Of a DNA stretch of 64,000 nt, positions 48,936 to 56,455 are shown piece after piece. Under the pieces are notes generated by a model, which was not told the origin of the DNA, ran no database searches, and saw nothing but the letters and a program-made list of their open reading frames with translations. This DNA is from Verrucomicrobiota bacterium. GTDB taxonomy: Bacteria > Verrucomicrobiota > Verrucomicrobiia > Palsa-1439. Made by a program: the position numbers and the translations under genes. The stretch is taken from contig PLTX01000092.1 in NCBI GenBank assembly GCA_003164675.1, forward strand, positions 2,296 to 66,295. Reading direction: 5' to 3'. Numbering within the stretch: position 1 is the first letter of the stretch; every line of letters starts with the position of its first letter.

Positions 48936-49430
48936 TTACTTGGACGTTTTGGGCGGCGGCGGGGCGATGGGTTTGCCGGTAACGAGCGGCTGAATGGTCA
49001 CGGGGCCGGCGCCGAGGGCCCCGGCGGCATATTCCGGTTTCGTCCGTTTGGCCATGCCGCGGTCCCTAGCGCTGGTCGATTTATCCGAGGGGAGAACCGA
49101 TTCCTGTTCGATAGGTCTGAGTCCGGAGCTTGCAGTCTTGGCGAGGCCGGATTCGTAGCGTAGTTCGACGGAGCCGAGGCGAATGGAAGCGCCATCTTTC
49201 AGTTTCACCGCCATGATCTGTTCGCCATTCACGAATGTGCCGTTGGTGGACTTGAAATCGTGCAATTGGTAATCCTCACCGTCGCGCACCAAAATCCCGT
49301 GCCGCGAGGAGACATTCGTATCCTGGATGCGAATGGTGTTCTCAGCCGTTCGGCCGATCGTGATGAGTTTTTCCGTCAGCTCAATCGTTGTGGCGATGGA
49401 GCTTGGCGAAAGTATGTGCAGCTTTGGCAT
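48936..49430 (-). CDS. FHA-domain protein with a Pro-rich C-terminal tail
   Basis: FHA signature ...ITIGRTAENTIRIQDTNVSSRHGIL...STNGTFVNGEQI. Confidence 0.7.
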   Translation of the reverse strand: MPKLHILSPSSIATTIELTEKLITIGRTAENTIRIQDTNVSSRHGILVRDGEDYQLHDFKSTNGTFVNGEQIMAVKLKDGASIRLGSVELRYESGLAKTASSGLRPIEQESVLPSDKSTSARDRGMAKRTKPEYAAGALGAGPVTIQPLVTGKPIAPPPPKTSK

Positions 49431-49529
49431 AGGCAACCCGGTTCGTACTGTAGCGGAAGCGTGCGACCGAGTCAATTACGAGCCGCGATAGACGAGCGGG
49501 TGCATCTGGACACTGCCACTGAATTGTGG

Positions 49530-49578
49530 CCGCGAATCGTATTCGCGGTGTGTACTTGCCGCGAAAGAGTTTCGCGGC
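49530..49578. promoter_or_regulatory. Two adjacent perfect palindromes sharing the core CCGCGAA-N3-TTCGCGG (candidate operator pair or RNA hairpins) in the FHA/EVE divergent intergenic region
   Basis: CCGCGAATcgtATTCGCGG (49530-49548) and GCCGCGAAAgagTTTCGCGGC (49558-49578). Confidence 0.35.
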
Positions 49579-49605
49579 TACAAATGTCGACTGAAGTGAC
49601 GAGTT

Positions 49606-49875
49606 GTGGCGGACCATTGGCTGCTGAAGACGGAACCGAGCACGTACTCCTTTGCCGACCTGGAGCGGGACAAAAAGGCGGTGTGGGACGGCGTGTCGAA
49701 TGCGCTGGCGCTGAAACATCTGCAGTCGATGAAGCGGGGCGATCTGTCGTTTATTTACCTCACGGGTGAGGGCCGGGGCGCTCTTACAAAAGTGTTGACC
49801 GGAGAGAAGAACACTAGAGAATGGCGCGATGCGCAGGTTGTCTCAGGCGTCGGGGGACACGGCGGCTTTCTTTGA
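49606..49875 (+). pseudogene. EVE (PUA-like) domain gene, N-terminal fragment only
   Basis: WLLKTEPSTYSFADL...VWDGVSNALALKHLQSMKRGDLSFIY matches the EVE N-terminal half (WLMKSEP..WDGVRN..GD.VFFYHS). The rest of the ORF is unrelated read-through. Confidence 0.45.
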
Positions 49876-49929
49876 TTCCAATTCTGGTATAAGGTAAGCT
49901 GAATTGGACCCAGAAAAACAAGTTTTGCG

Positions 49930-51513
49930 ATGTCTTCCCTGACCCATAGTTTCAGCGCGGGCGTCTGGACAATTGGTGACGCCCTGGCTTTTGCCTCGCT
50001 GGCGTTGCTCTGGGCTGTCGAGAACTTTTTCATTCAGGAATCGGCCTTTGTGGTGCACCCGGCGACGAGAAATCCCAACGCCTATCGGTTCCTGCGGATG
50101 GTCCTGAATCTGACGACGGCGACGGTGCTGCTGCTGCTATGCAGCCGGCGGCTGCTGATTGGAGTGCTGGTGGCGGACTCAACGCTTTCGGTGCTGATAC
50201 TGGCGCATAACAAGTATTTCCGGCATGCGTTTTCGGTGTATTTTGGGCTTAAGACGGCGAGGGAAGGGATGCCGATGACTCTAATTGCGCTGCAATTTGT
50301 TCCATTGACTGCGTGCCTGCTGCTGTTTTGGGCGCTGGCGGCGAAGATCTTCCTGGGGTTTTGTCTTGCCCCAATGCCGGTGGAAGTTGCCACCCTGGGG
50401 AGCCGACTGGCGTGGGCTGGTGTCTGTCTGGTTCCTGCCGTTCTCATTATTCTGGCGCTGCAGCGGACGAGTTTTGACTTCCGCAGCATCGCAGAGACAC
50501 GGGTCACGCGGGCGGTGTACGCCTACGGCTATTTCATCAGTTGGATTGCGGAGTGTTTTGTCGTGCCGGAGACGCACGAGTTGGTGCAAGAGCTGACTCA
50601 ACTGCAGAACGACTCGCCGGATCGGCTGTCTGGGACGGAAGGGCCGTTGGAGTTCGGGAGGAACGTGGTGGTGATCCAGATGGAGAGTTGGGGCTGGAAT
50701 GTGCTGGACTGCCAGATGAAGGGACAGGAGGTAGTGCCCTTTCTCAATGGTCTGGTACGGAGGAGTCGTCTTTTCAAAGTGAAGGCATTTCACCATGTGG
50801 CGAGCCTGGATATGGATTATGCGGTGTTGTCAGGCGGAAGGCCCAGCAGGCGTATGGTGAGCTATCTGGTGCCGGATGTTCCGTATGACAAGGCCCTGCC
50901 GCGGTTCATGCAAGAGCACGGTTTCCGCACGATGGCGCTGCATGGCAACAGCGGCGAGTTTTTCAATCGGCGCGAGAACTTCAAGCGGATGGGTTTTGAC
51001 GAGATCTACTTTCAAGAGGAATTCAGCCCACAGGCTGTGAAGCGGAGTTATTGGGGGGTTCGGGATGCGGAACTATTCCGGCTGTCCAGCCAAAAGCTCC
51101 AAAGGGCCATCCGCCCAGAGTTTCATTTTATCATCACGCTGGACAGCCACGTTCCCTTCGACCTCATCTGCGAAGAAGAGAAGGAGATCTACCCGCACAG
51201 CGGGGTATGGCAGGAGAACTATTTCAACAGCATGAGGGTGCTGGATCGGGACATGCGCGAGTATATCGAATCGTTGCCGGCGGGCACGCTGGTCATTCTT
51301 TACGGTGACCACACGTCCCACGTGAATTACGGTGGGTTTCAATCGGCGATTGATGGATATGCCGAATACGTGCCGTGCGCGGTTCACGTGTGCCACGCTC
51401 CGGCGGCGCCGCCGGCCCAAACGAGTGAACGGGTGTCGCTGCCTGAGGACTTGTGCATCCTTGACGTGATGAATTGGCTGCGCCACCAGATTACGGCGCG
51501 CGCGGGGAAATAG
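49930..51513 (+). CDS. LTA-synthase/sulfatase-family membrane protein (alkaline-phosphatase superfamily; phosphoglycerol- or phosphoethanolamine-transferase-like)
   Basis: Five N-terminal transmembrane helices. Extracytoplasmic sulfatase-like domain (VVIQMESWGW... LVILYGDHTS). Confidence 0.7.
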   Translation: MSSLTHSFSAGVWTIGDALAFASLALLWAVENFFIQESAFVVHPATRNPNAYRFLRMVLNLTTATVLLLLCSRRLLIGVLVADSTLSVLILAHNKYFRHAFSVYFGLKTAREGMPMTLIALQFVPLTACLLLFWALAAKIFLGFCLAPMPVEVATLGSRLAWAGVCLVPAVLIILALQRTSFDFRSIAETRVTRAVYAYGYFISWIAECFVVPETHELVQELTQLQNDSPDRLSGTEGPLEFGRNVVVIQMESWGWNVLDCQMKGQEVVPFLNGLVRRSRLFKVKAFHHVASLDMDYAVLSGGRPSRRMVSYLVPDVPYDKALPRFMQEHGFRTMALHGNSGEFFNRRENFKRMGFDEIYFQEEFSPQAVKRSYWGVRDAELFRLSSQKLQRAIRPEFHFIITLDSHVPFDLICEEEKEIYPHSGVWQENYFNSMRVLDRDMREYIESLPAGTLVILYGDHTSHVNYGGFQSAIDGYAEYVPCAVHVCHAPAAPPAQTSERVSLPEDLCILDVMNWLRHQITARAGK

Positions 51514-51694
51514 CTTCCTGCGGTCCAGTTTTCTTTTCCCGCAGTTCTTTCTCCACCGCGTACAGCGGTCCGATCTGTCGCGCAAACCATGCAGCCAGTT
51601 TGCTCTCACTCAACGCTTCGTGAACGCCGCGGCTGGCGTATGCCCGGCAGCCGATCAACGTCAGATCGTCGCGCTCCTTGGCCAACCGCTCGCA

Positions 51695-51898
51695 GGCGAA
51701 ATAGCCATCCGTTTACAGTTTCCCCCGGAAGTTCTTCCGGAACTCCTTCGGCCCTTCCCGCGACCGGTGACGCTGAGCGAGATCAAGGCCAATACCGAGT
51801 TTCAGGATTTTGAACTCGTGCGGATGGGACGACTGAGCGTGATGCCGGTCAGCGAATTCCGGTGGAAGAAACTGCTGAAGATGGCGGCGGCGAAGTGA
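51695..51898 (+). pseudogene. EVE domain gene, C-terminal fragment
   Basis: ...PRPVTLSEIKANTEFQDFELVRMGRLSVMPVSEFRWKKLL matches the EVE C-terminus (PRPVTLAELK...LV+RGRLSV.PV..EW). Confidence 0.4.
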
Positions 51899-51911
51899 GG
51901 GATTGCCGGAC

Positions 51912-52529
51912 TCACGGCTTCTCCTCATGGTACGGCTTCTTCTGCTGGTAGAGGCTGAGCCGCTGGCGATGTTTCTCTGAGTCATCCTTCGACGGATTGG
52001 ACTCCAGATACTTGATCTCCCATTTGATGGCGTTGTCAAAGTCACCAGCCTCGGCGCAGGCCGCCGCCAGCGTATCGAGTGTTGCAGGGGCCTTCCATCC
52101 TGACAGTACACATGCCCTCTTCGCATACTCGACGGCCCTTTCCCCGTTCCGAAGATTAGCGTCGGGACAGACAGCTAACAGCCAAGAGACGTTGTTGTAG
52201 GCCTCCATGAGATCCGGCTTGAGCCGGATGGCTTCGCCGTAGTCGGTGAGGGCCTTGCCATAGTCGCCTCTGTGTCTGTAGGCCTGTCCCCGGTTGTAAT
52301 ATGCCCTCGCATTATCCGGCTTGAGCCGGATGGCTTCGCTGAACTCTGCAACGGCCCGGTCATAGTCGCCCGCACGTCCCGCTTGTAGACCCATCTCAAA
52401 GGCCCTGTCTGGCTGATCGTTCCCACATCCCTGGCCCGCCGACAGCATGAGAAAGATCACAAGCCATGATAGGCCTACAAAACGCAGCTGCGCTGGCGGA
52501 CTTGAAGGCAGGCTGGGTTCCGGAGCCAT
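51912..52529 (-). CDS. TPR-repeat protein, secreted or lipoprotein
   Basis: Signal peptide. Three or four TPR units ([24 protein letters not shown]..., [14 protein letters not shown]...). Confidence 0.7.
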   Translation of the reverse strand: MAPEPSLPSSPPAQLRFVGLSWLVIFLMLSAGQGCGNDQPDRAFEMGLQAGRAGDYDRAVAEFSEAIRLKPDNARAYYNRGQAYRHRGDYGKALTDYGEAIRLKPDLMEAYNNVSWLLAVCPDANLRNGERAVEYAKRACVLSGWKAPATLDTLAAACAEAGDFDNAIKWEIKYLESNPSKDDSEKHRQRLSLYQQKKPYHEEKP

Positions 52530-52674
52530 GCTCGTACGAATAGCATTCCGGACGTGGCAAATCGAGTGGTTTTCTGTCGTCATATCCTGCGGCGGTGGGC
52601 CGTTCGATGTGCGACCGCCCAAGATGAAGCGGGCGGGATTGTTCCTTCTGCTGCTTTGTCAAACTTCAATTGGC

Positions 52675-52880
52675 GGGCACCCCCTCACCTTAATCCTCTC
52701 GCACCTATTGCGTGCCGAGAATCGGCGGGCGATTATTTGACTTGACCATAGAATTTGTGTATGATATCGCTTCTGTGATATGCGAGAAGTTGTAATTGGT
52801 GTTGGGGCCGGATGGGGGATTGTAACTGTTCTTTGACATAGGACACGACGACGGCAGGCCCCCCTCGCCTTAATCCTCTC
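52675..52880. repeat. Two copies of a roughly 22-bp direct repeat CCCCTC(A/G)CCTTAATCCTCTC, 178 bp apart, in an AT-richer intergenic island
   Basis: 52678-52699 and 52859-52880. The second copy is embedded in the palindrome CCTCGCC...CCTCGAGG...GGCGAGG. Confidence 0.35.
52736..52764 (+). promoter_or_regulatory. Near-consensus sigma70-like promoter (TTGACT, 17-bp spacer, TATGAT) facing rightward into a gene-free intergenic region
   Basis: -35 TTGACT at 52736 and -10 TATGAT at 52759. Confidence 0.3.
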
Positions 52881-53059
52881 CCTCGAGGGGCGAGGAGATG
52901 GGAAGAGGGCCAGGGATGCGGCTCGCCGGGAGGCTCGCCCTCCAAACGAACCAATCCGCAGCGATCCACCCCGAGAGCTTTCGGGCAGGGAGCGGCGTCG
53001 CTACAACGGCTCGACGAGGGAGAGGCCGAGCGCGGCGGGAGGGGTTGGCTTGTAATATG

Positions 53060-53200
53060 TTAATTCGGTAAAACAAAGCCAATTATAATGGGTCACGGTT
53101 GCGCGTCGAAGCGCTTGGGCGACGGGCACTTGTGACTAGCGCGGAGGGCGAATTTTGAATGGCTTTGTTTGTCAAAAACAAAGCCAATTCGGCGTAAAAC
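53060..53200. repeat. AT-rich motif cluster: AAAACAAAGCCAATT twice, a 10-bp-arm palindrome GGCTTTGTTT-gtca-AAACAAAGCC, and AAAACGAAGCCAA
   Basis: Exact 12-mer AAACAAAGCCAA at about 53070 and 53178. Inverted copy at 53160-53170. Related motifs appear at 62925-63000. Confidence 0.35.
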
Positions 53201-53245
53201 GAAGCCAAAATTGAGGGTGTTGGACGCGAATTCGGACATAAAGGA

Positions 53246-53345
53246 GCCTTGGGAGACCTTCGGTCAGAAATGGTGCGGGGTCGGGAGACCCGCGCACAAC
53301 GGTAAAGCGTGCGGCAGGGACTGACGGCGCTCGCGGCGCGAACGC
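53246..53345 (+). repeat. Copy B of the conserved hairpin motif (plus a degenerate partial copy upstream and a second GC hairpin downstream), immediately 3' of aguA
   Basis: TGGTGCGGGGTCGGGAGACCCGCGCACAACGG at 53270-53301. Partial copy CCTTGGGAGACCTTCGG at 53246-53262. Hairpin GGCGCTCGCGGCGCGAACGCC at 53325-53345. Confidence 0.4.
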
Positions 53346-53357
53346 CCTACCAACGGT

Positions 53358-54392
53358 TTAGACAGCGGGTTGCTGTTGGGTGAGGCAGTGGAAGGAACCG
53401 AGGCCCCAGATGAGGTTGGTGCTATCGATTCCCACGACCCGTCGGTCGGGGAAGAAGTTCTGTAGCGTGTCGATGGCGGCTTTGTCCGTGGTCGGGTTGC
53501 GATAGGTGGGGAGGAGAACGACGTGGTTGGCGATATAGAAGTTGGCGTAGCTGGCCGGTAACCGCTGGCCGTCGTATTCGATGACGCCCGGCATGGACAG
53601 CTCGACGACGCGGAGCGGCTGATCGTCCTGATCGCGCATGGCGTGGAGGCGTTTGAGGTTTTCCTGCAAGGGCCAGTAATTGTCGTCGTGGGGGTCGGGT
53701 TCGACGGCGGTGACGATGGTGGTCGGGTTCACGAAACGGGTGAGGTCGTCGACGTGGCCATCGGTATCATCGCCGGCGATGCCGTCACCGAGCCAGAGGA
53801 CATTGGAGACGCCGAGGTAATCGCGGAGATACTGCTCGATCTGCTGCTGGTTGAGGGTCGGATTTCGGTTGGGGTTGAGCAGGCAGGAGGTTGTCGTGAG
53901 CAGCGTGCCGGCGCCGTTGACATCGATGGAACCGCCTTCCAGAACGATGCCCGGACTGAAAATCGGGAGGTTGAGCAGCTCGGCGATGCGTTGCGGGACG
54001 GCGTCATCATCGTCATGAAGGCGATACTTGTTGCCATACGCATTGTAGCGCCAGTCGACGACGGCGAGCTCGTGACCCCGCGCGAGGAAAATCGGACCAT
54101 GATCGCGGCACCAAGGTTCGTAGGACGGAATATGATGATAGAAGACGTTCGCTGTGCTTTCGCCGACGGTGCGTCGGGCGATGGCTGCGACCTCGTCGTC
54201 GCGGACATTGATATGGACGGATTCGTGCGGGGCGAGGGCGCGGACCATTTCGCCGAACGCGGGGAGGACCTCCTGGTAGCGGTTCGGAAAACTGGCGCCG
54301 TCAGGACGCGGCCAGCAGAGCCACGTGGCCGCGTGCGGATGCCACTCGGCGGGCATGCGGTAGCCGAGTTCCCGTGGAGTTTTTGCAGGCAT
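53358..54392 (-). CDS. aguA: Agmatine deiminase
   Basis: MPAEWHPH, GDDTDGHVDD and C-terminal GSFHCLTQQ (catalytic Cys). The annotated 649-aa ORF is an antisense read-through; the real start is at 54392, overlapping the aguB stop. Confidence 0.85.
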   Translation of the reverse strand: MPAKTPRELGYRMPAEWHPHAATWLCWPRPDGASFPNRYQEVLPAFGEMVRALAPHESVHINVRDDEVAAIARRTVGESTANVFYHHIPSYEPWCRDHGPIFLARGHELAVVDWRYNAYGNKYRLHDDDDAVPQRIAELLNLPIFSPGIVLEGGSIDVNGAGTLLTTTSCLLNPNRNPTLNQQQIEQYLRDYLGVSNVLWLGDGIAGDDTDGHVDDLTRFVNPTTIVTAVEPDPHDDNYWPLQENLKRLHAMRDQDDQPLRVVELSMPGVIEYDGQRLPASYANFYIANHVVLLPTYRNPTTDKAAIDTLQNFFPDRRVVGIDSTNLIWGLGSFHCLTQQQPAV

Positions 54393-55267
54393 TAGTCGAG
54401 CAGGCGCTGGGTGATGCCGCCGTAGGCATCGATGCGGCGGTCGCGAAGGAACGGCCAATGCTGGCGCGTCTCGTCGATCTTGCGGAGGTCGCATTTTGCG
54501 ATGAGGACCTCTTCCTTGTCGTGGCCGGCTTCGGCAATCACCTCGCCAAATGGATCGCAGACGAATGAGCCACCCCAAAACTGGATGGCGCCTTCCAGGC
54601 CGATACGATTGGTTGCGGCGACAAACACGCCATTGGCGATGGCGTGGGACCGCTGAATGGTGACCCAGGCTTCGTGCTGCTTCGCGCCAAATTGTTTTTG
54701 TTCGCTGAGGTGCCAACCGATGGCCGTTGGATAGAAGAGGATTTGAGCGCCTTTCAAGGCGGTGAGCCGCGCGGCTTCCGGGTACCATTGGTCCCAACAC
54801 ACAAGCGTGCCGATGGTGGCGCACGGGGTGGCGAACGATTGGAAGCCGAGATCGCCCGGCGTGAAGTAGAATTTTTCGTAGTACAACGGATCGTCGGGGA
54901 TATGCATCTTCCGATAGCGCCCAACCAGTTTGCCCCTGGGGTCGATGATGACGGCGGTGTTGTGGTAGACGCCCGCGGAACGTTTTTCGAAGATCGAGCC
55001 GACGATGGTGATTCGGTGGGCGCGCGCGGCGCTGGCGAGCGCGGTCGTTGTTGGTCCCGGGATCGGTTCGGCAAGCGCAAACCGGCTGTGGTCCTCGGTT
55101 TGACAGAAATAGAGCGAACGGAACAGCTCGGGAAGGCAGACAATCTGCGCGCCGCGTTTGGCGGCTTTCTCGACGAGCGCGAGGCCGTGCTTCAGGTTCA
55201 CCGACGGCTGCGCGGCGCAGCGCATCTGGATGAGGCCGACGGTGACGATCTGGTGTTTGGTGGCCAT
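54392..55267 (-). CDS. aguB: N-carbamoylputrescine amidohydrolase (CN-hydrolase family)
   Basis: Nitrilase-superfamily Glu-Lys-Cys triad (CLPELF..., RKMHIPDD, CWDQWYPE). Confidence 0.85.
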   Translation of the reverse strand: MATKHQIVTVGLIQMRCAAQPSVNLKHGLALVEKAAKRGAQIVCLPELFRSLYFCQTEDHSRFALAEPIPGPTTTALASAARAHRITIVGSIFEKRSAGVYHNTAVIIDPRGKLVGRYRKMHIPDDPLYYEKFYFTPGDLGFQSFATPCATIGTLVCWDQWYPEAARLTALKGAQILFYPTAIGWHLSEQKQFGAKQHEAWVTIQRSHAIANGVFVAATNRIGLEGAIQFWGGSFVCDPFGEVIAEAGHDKEEVLIAKCDLRKIDETRQHWPFLRDRRIDAYGGITQRLLD

Positions 55268-55295
55268 GTGAAGAAAATGCGGCAGAACCATGATG

Positions 55296-55321
55296 AATTT
55301 CTTGCATTGCTGCAAGAAATT
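55296..55321. promoter_or_regulatory. Perfect 11-bp inverted repeat AATTTCTTGCA-ttgc-TGCAAGAAATT in the aguB/pdaD divergent promoter region
   Basis: 26-bp palindrome centred between the two divergent start codons (55267 and 55357). Confidence 0.4.
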
Positions 55322-55356
55322 TGTTTTTGTTCGCGGCGGGAGCGAGAAACCATCAC

Positions 55357-55905
55357 ATGCATTTTGTTCCATCGAAGATTTTTCTGACAAAGGGTGTCGG
55401 CACACACAAACACGAGTTGCGGAGTTTTGAGCTGGCGTTGCGCGACGCGGGCATTGAGAAGTGCAACCTGGTGACGGTGTCGAGCATCTTGCCACCGCGA
55501 TGCAAGATCATCTCGCGCAAGCAGGGGGAGCAGTTGCTGCAGCCCGGACAGATCACCTTTGCGGTGATCGCGCGCATTTCGACGAATGAGCCGCACCGGC
55601 TGATTGCGGCATCGATTGGCGTGGCGCAGCCCGCCGACGAGGACGCGTACGGCTACCTGAGCGAATTGCATGCGTACGGGATGAACGACACGACGGCGGG
55701 GAATTTTTCCGAAGACATGGCGGCGGCGATGTTGGGAACGACGCTGGGGGTTGATTTCAACGAAGACGCGAGCTGGGATGAAAAGGAGCAGGTTTTTCGC
55801 ATGAGTGGAAAGATCGTCCGCACAAGCAATTGCACGCAGACAGCCGTCGGCCATCCTCAGGGGCAGTACACGACGGTCCTCACGGCGGCGATATGCCTGT
55901 TTTGA
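55357..55905 (+). CDS. pdaD: Pyruvoyl-dependent arginine decarboxylase
   Basis: [45 protein letters not shown]: PdaD family signature with the self-cleaving Ser-Ser site. Confidence 0.8.
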   Translation: MHFVPSKIFLTKGVGTHKHELRSFELALRDAGIEKCNLVTVSSILPPRCKIISRKQGEQLLQPGQITFAVIARISTNEPHRLIAASIGVAQPADEDAYGYLSELHAYGMNDTTAGNFSEDMAAAMLGTTLGVDFNEDASWDEKEQVFRMSGKIVRTSNCTQTAVGHPQGQYTTVLTAAICLF

Positions 55906-55956
55906 GATCGGATACGGTGGTTTGCCTTTCCCACCAAAGGCATCTATTATAACGCC

Positions 55957-56439
55957 GTGAAAAACGACGTCGTTGAAGTGCAGGTCAAGGGTGTGCTGCC
56001 GACCACCACGGGTTGCGCCGTGTTTGTCGGTAACGAGGAGAAGACGTTCGTCATCTATGTGGACCACAGTGTGGGCGCGGCCATCACGATGTTCCTGCGC
56101 AACACCCCCAAGGAGCGCCCGCTCACGCACGATCTCATTGGCCACATTTTTACGGGATTGGGCGTAAAGGTCGAGCGCATCGTTATCAACGACCTCAAGA
56201 ACAGCACGTACTACGCACGGCTCGTGTTGCGTTCCGAGAACGAGCTCGGCAAGAAGATTCTGGAAATCGACTCACGTCCGAGTGATTGCATTGCACTGGC
56301 CGTCCAGCAGAAGAGCCCGATCTACGTTGCCGCCAAGGTTTTTCACGTGGTCGAGGACATGTCCGAGGTCCTCAAGCGCATGAAGCAGGAGGGCGGCGAC
56401 GAGTTTACCGGTCAGGAAGAAGAAGGCCAGCCGGAGTGA
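55957..56439 (+). CDS. Bifunctional nuclease family protein (BFN / DUF151)
   Basis: Sequence typical of the BFN fold (VGAAITMFL..., RPLTHDLIGHIF, SRPSDCIALAV). GTG start. Acidic C-terminus. Confidence 0.65.
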   Translation: MKNDVVEVQVKGVLPTTTGCAVFVGNEEKTFVIYVDHSVGAAITMFLRNTPKERPLTHDLIGHIFTGLGVKVERIVINDLKNSTYYARLVLRSENELGKKILEIDSRPSDCIALAVQQKSPIYVAAKVFHVVEDMSEVLKRMKQEGGDEFTGQEEEGQPE

Positions 56440-56455
56440 GCCTGGGCAGCTGTTG

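Noticed and set aside
52675-52880. Possible CRISPR array, suggested by the repeated CCTTAATCCTCTC units
   Set aside because: There are only two copies, the spacing is 178 bp rather than 60-75 bp, there are no further repeats, and there are no cas genes in the window.
53155-53190. Sigma54 promoter in TGGCTTTGTTTGTC
   Set aside because: The spacing between the GG and GC elements does not fit the -24/-12 consensus (TGGCAC-N5-TTGC).
53358-55307. 649-aa minus-strand ORF spanning aguA and running antisense through aguB
   Set aside because: The N-terminal 300 residues are Arg/His/Pro-rich antisense translation of aguB. The real aguA starts at the internal Met at 54392 (MPAKTPREL...), exactly at the aguB stop.
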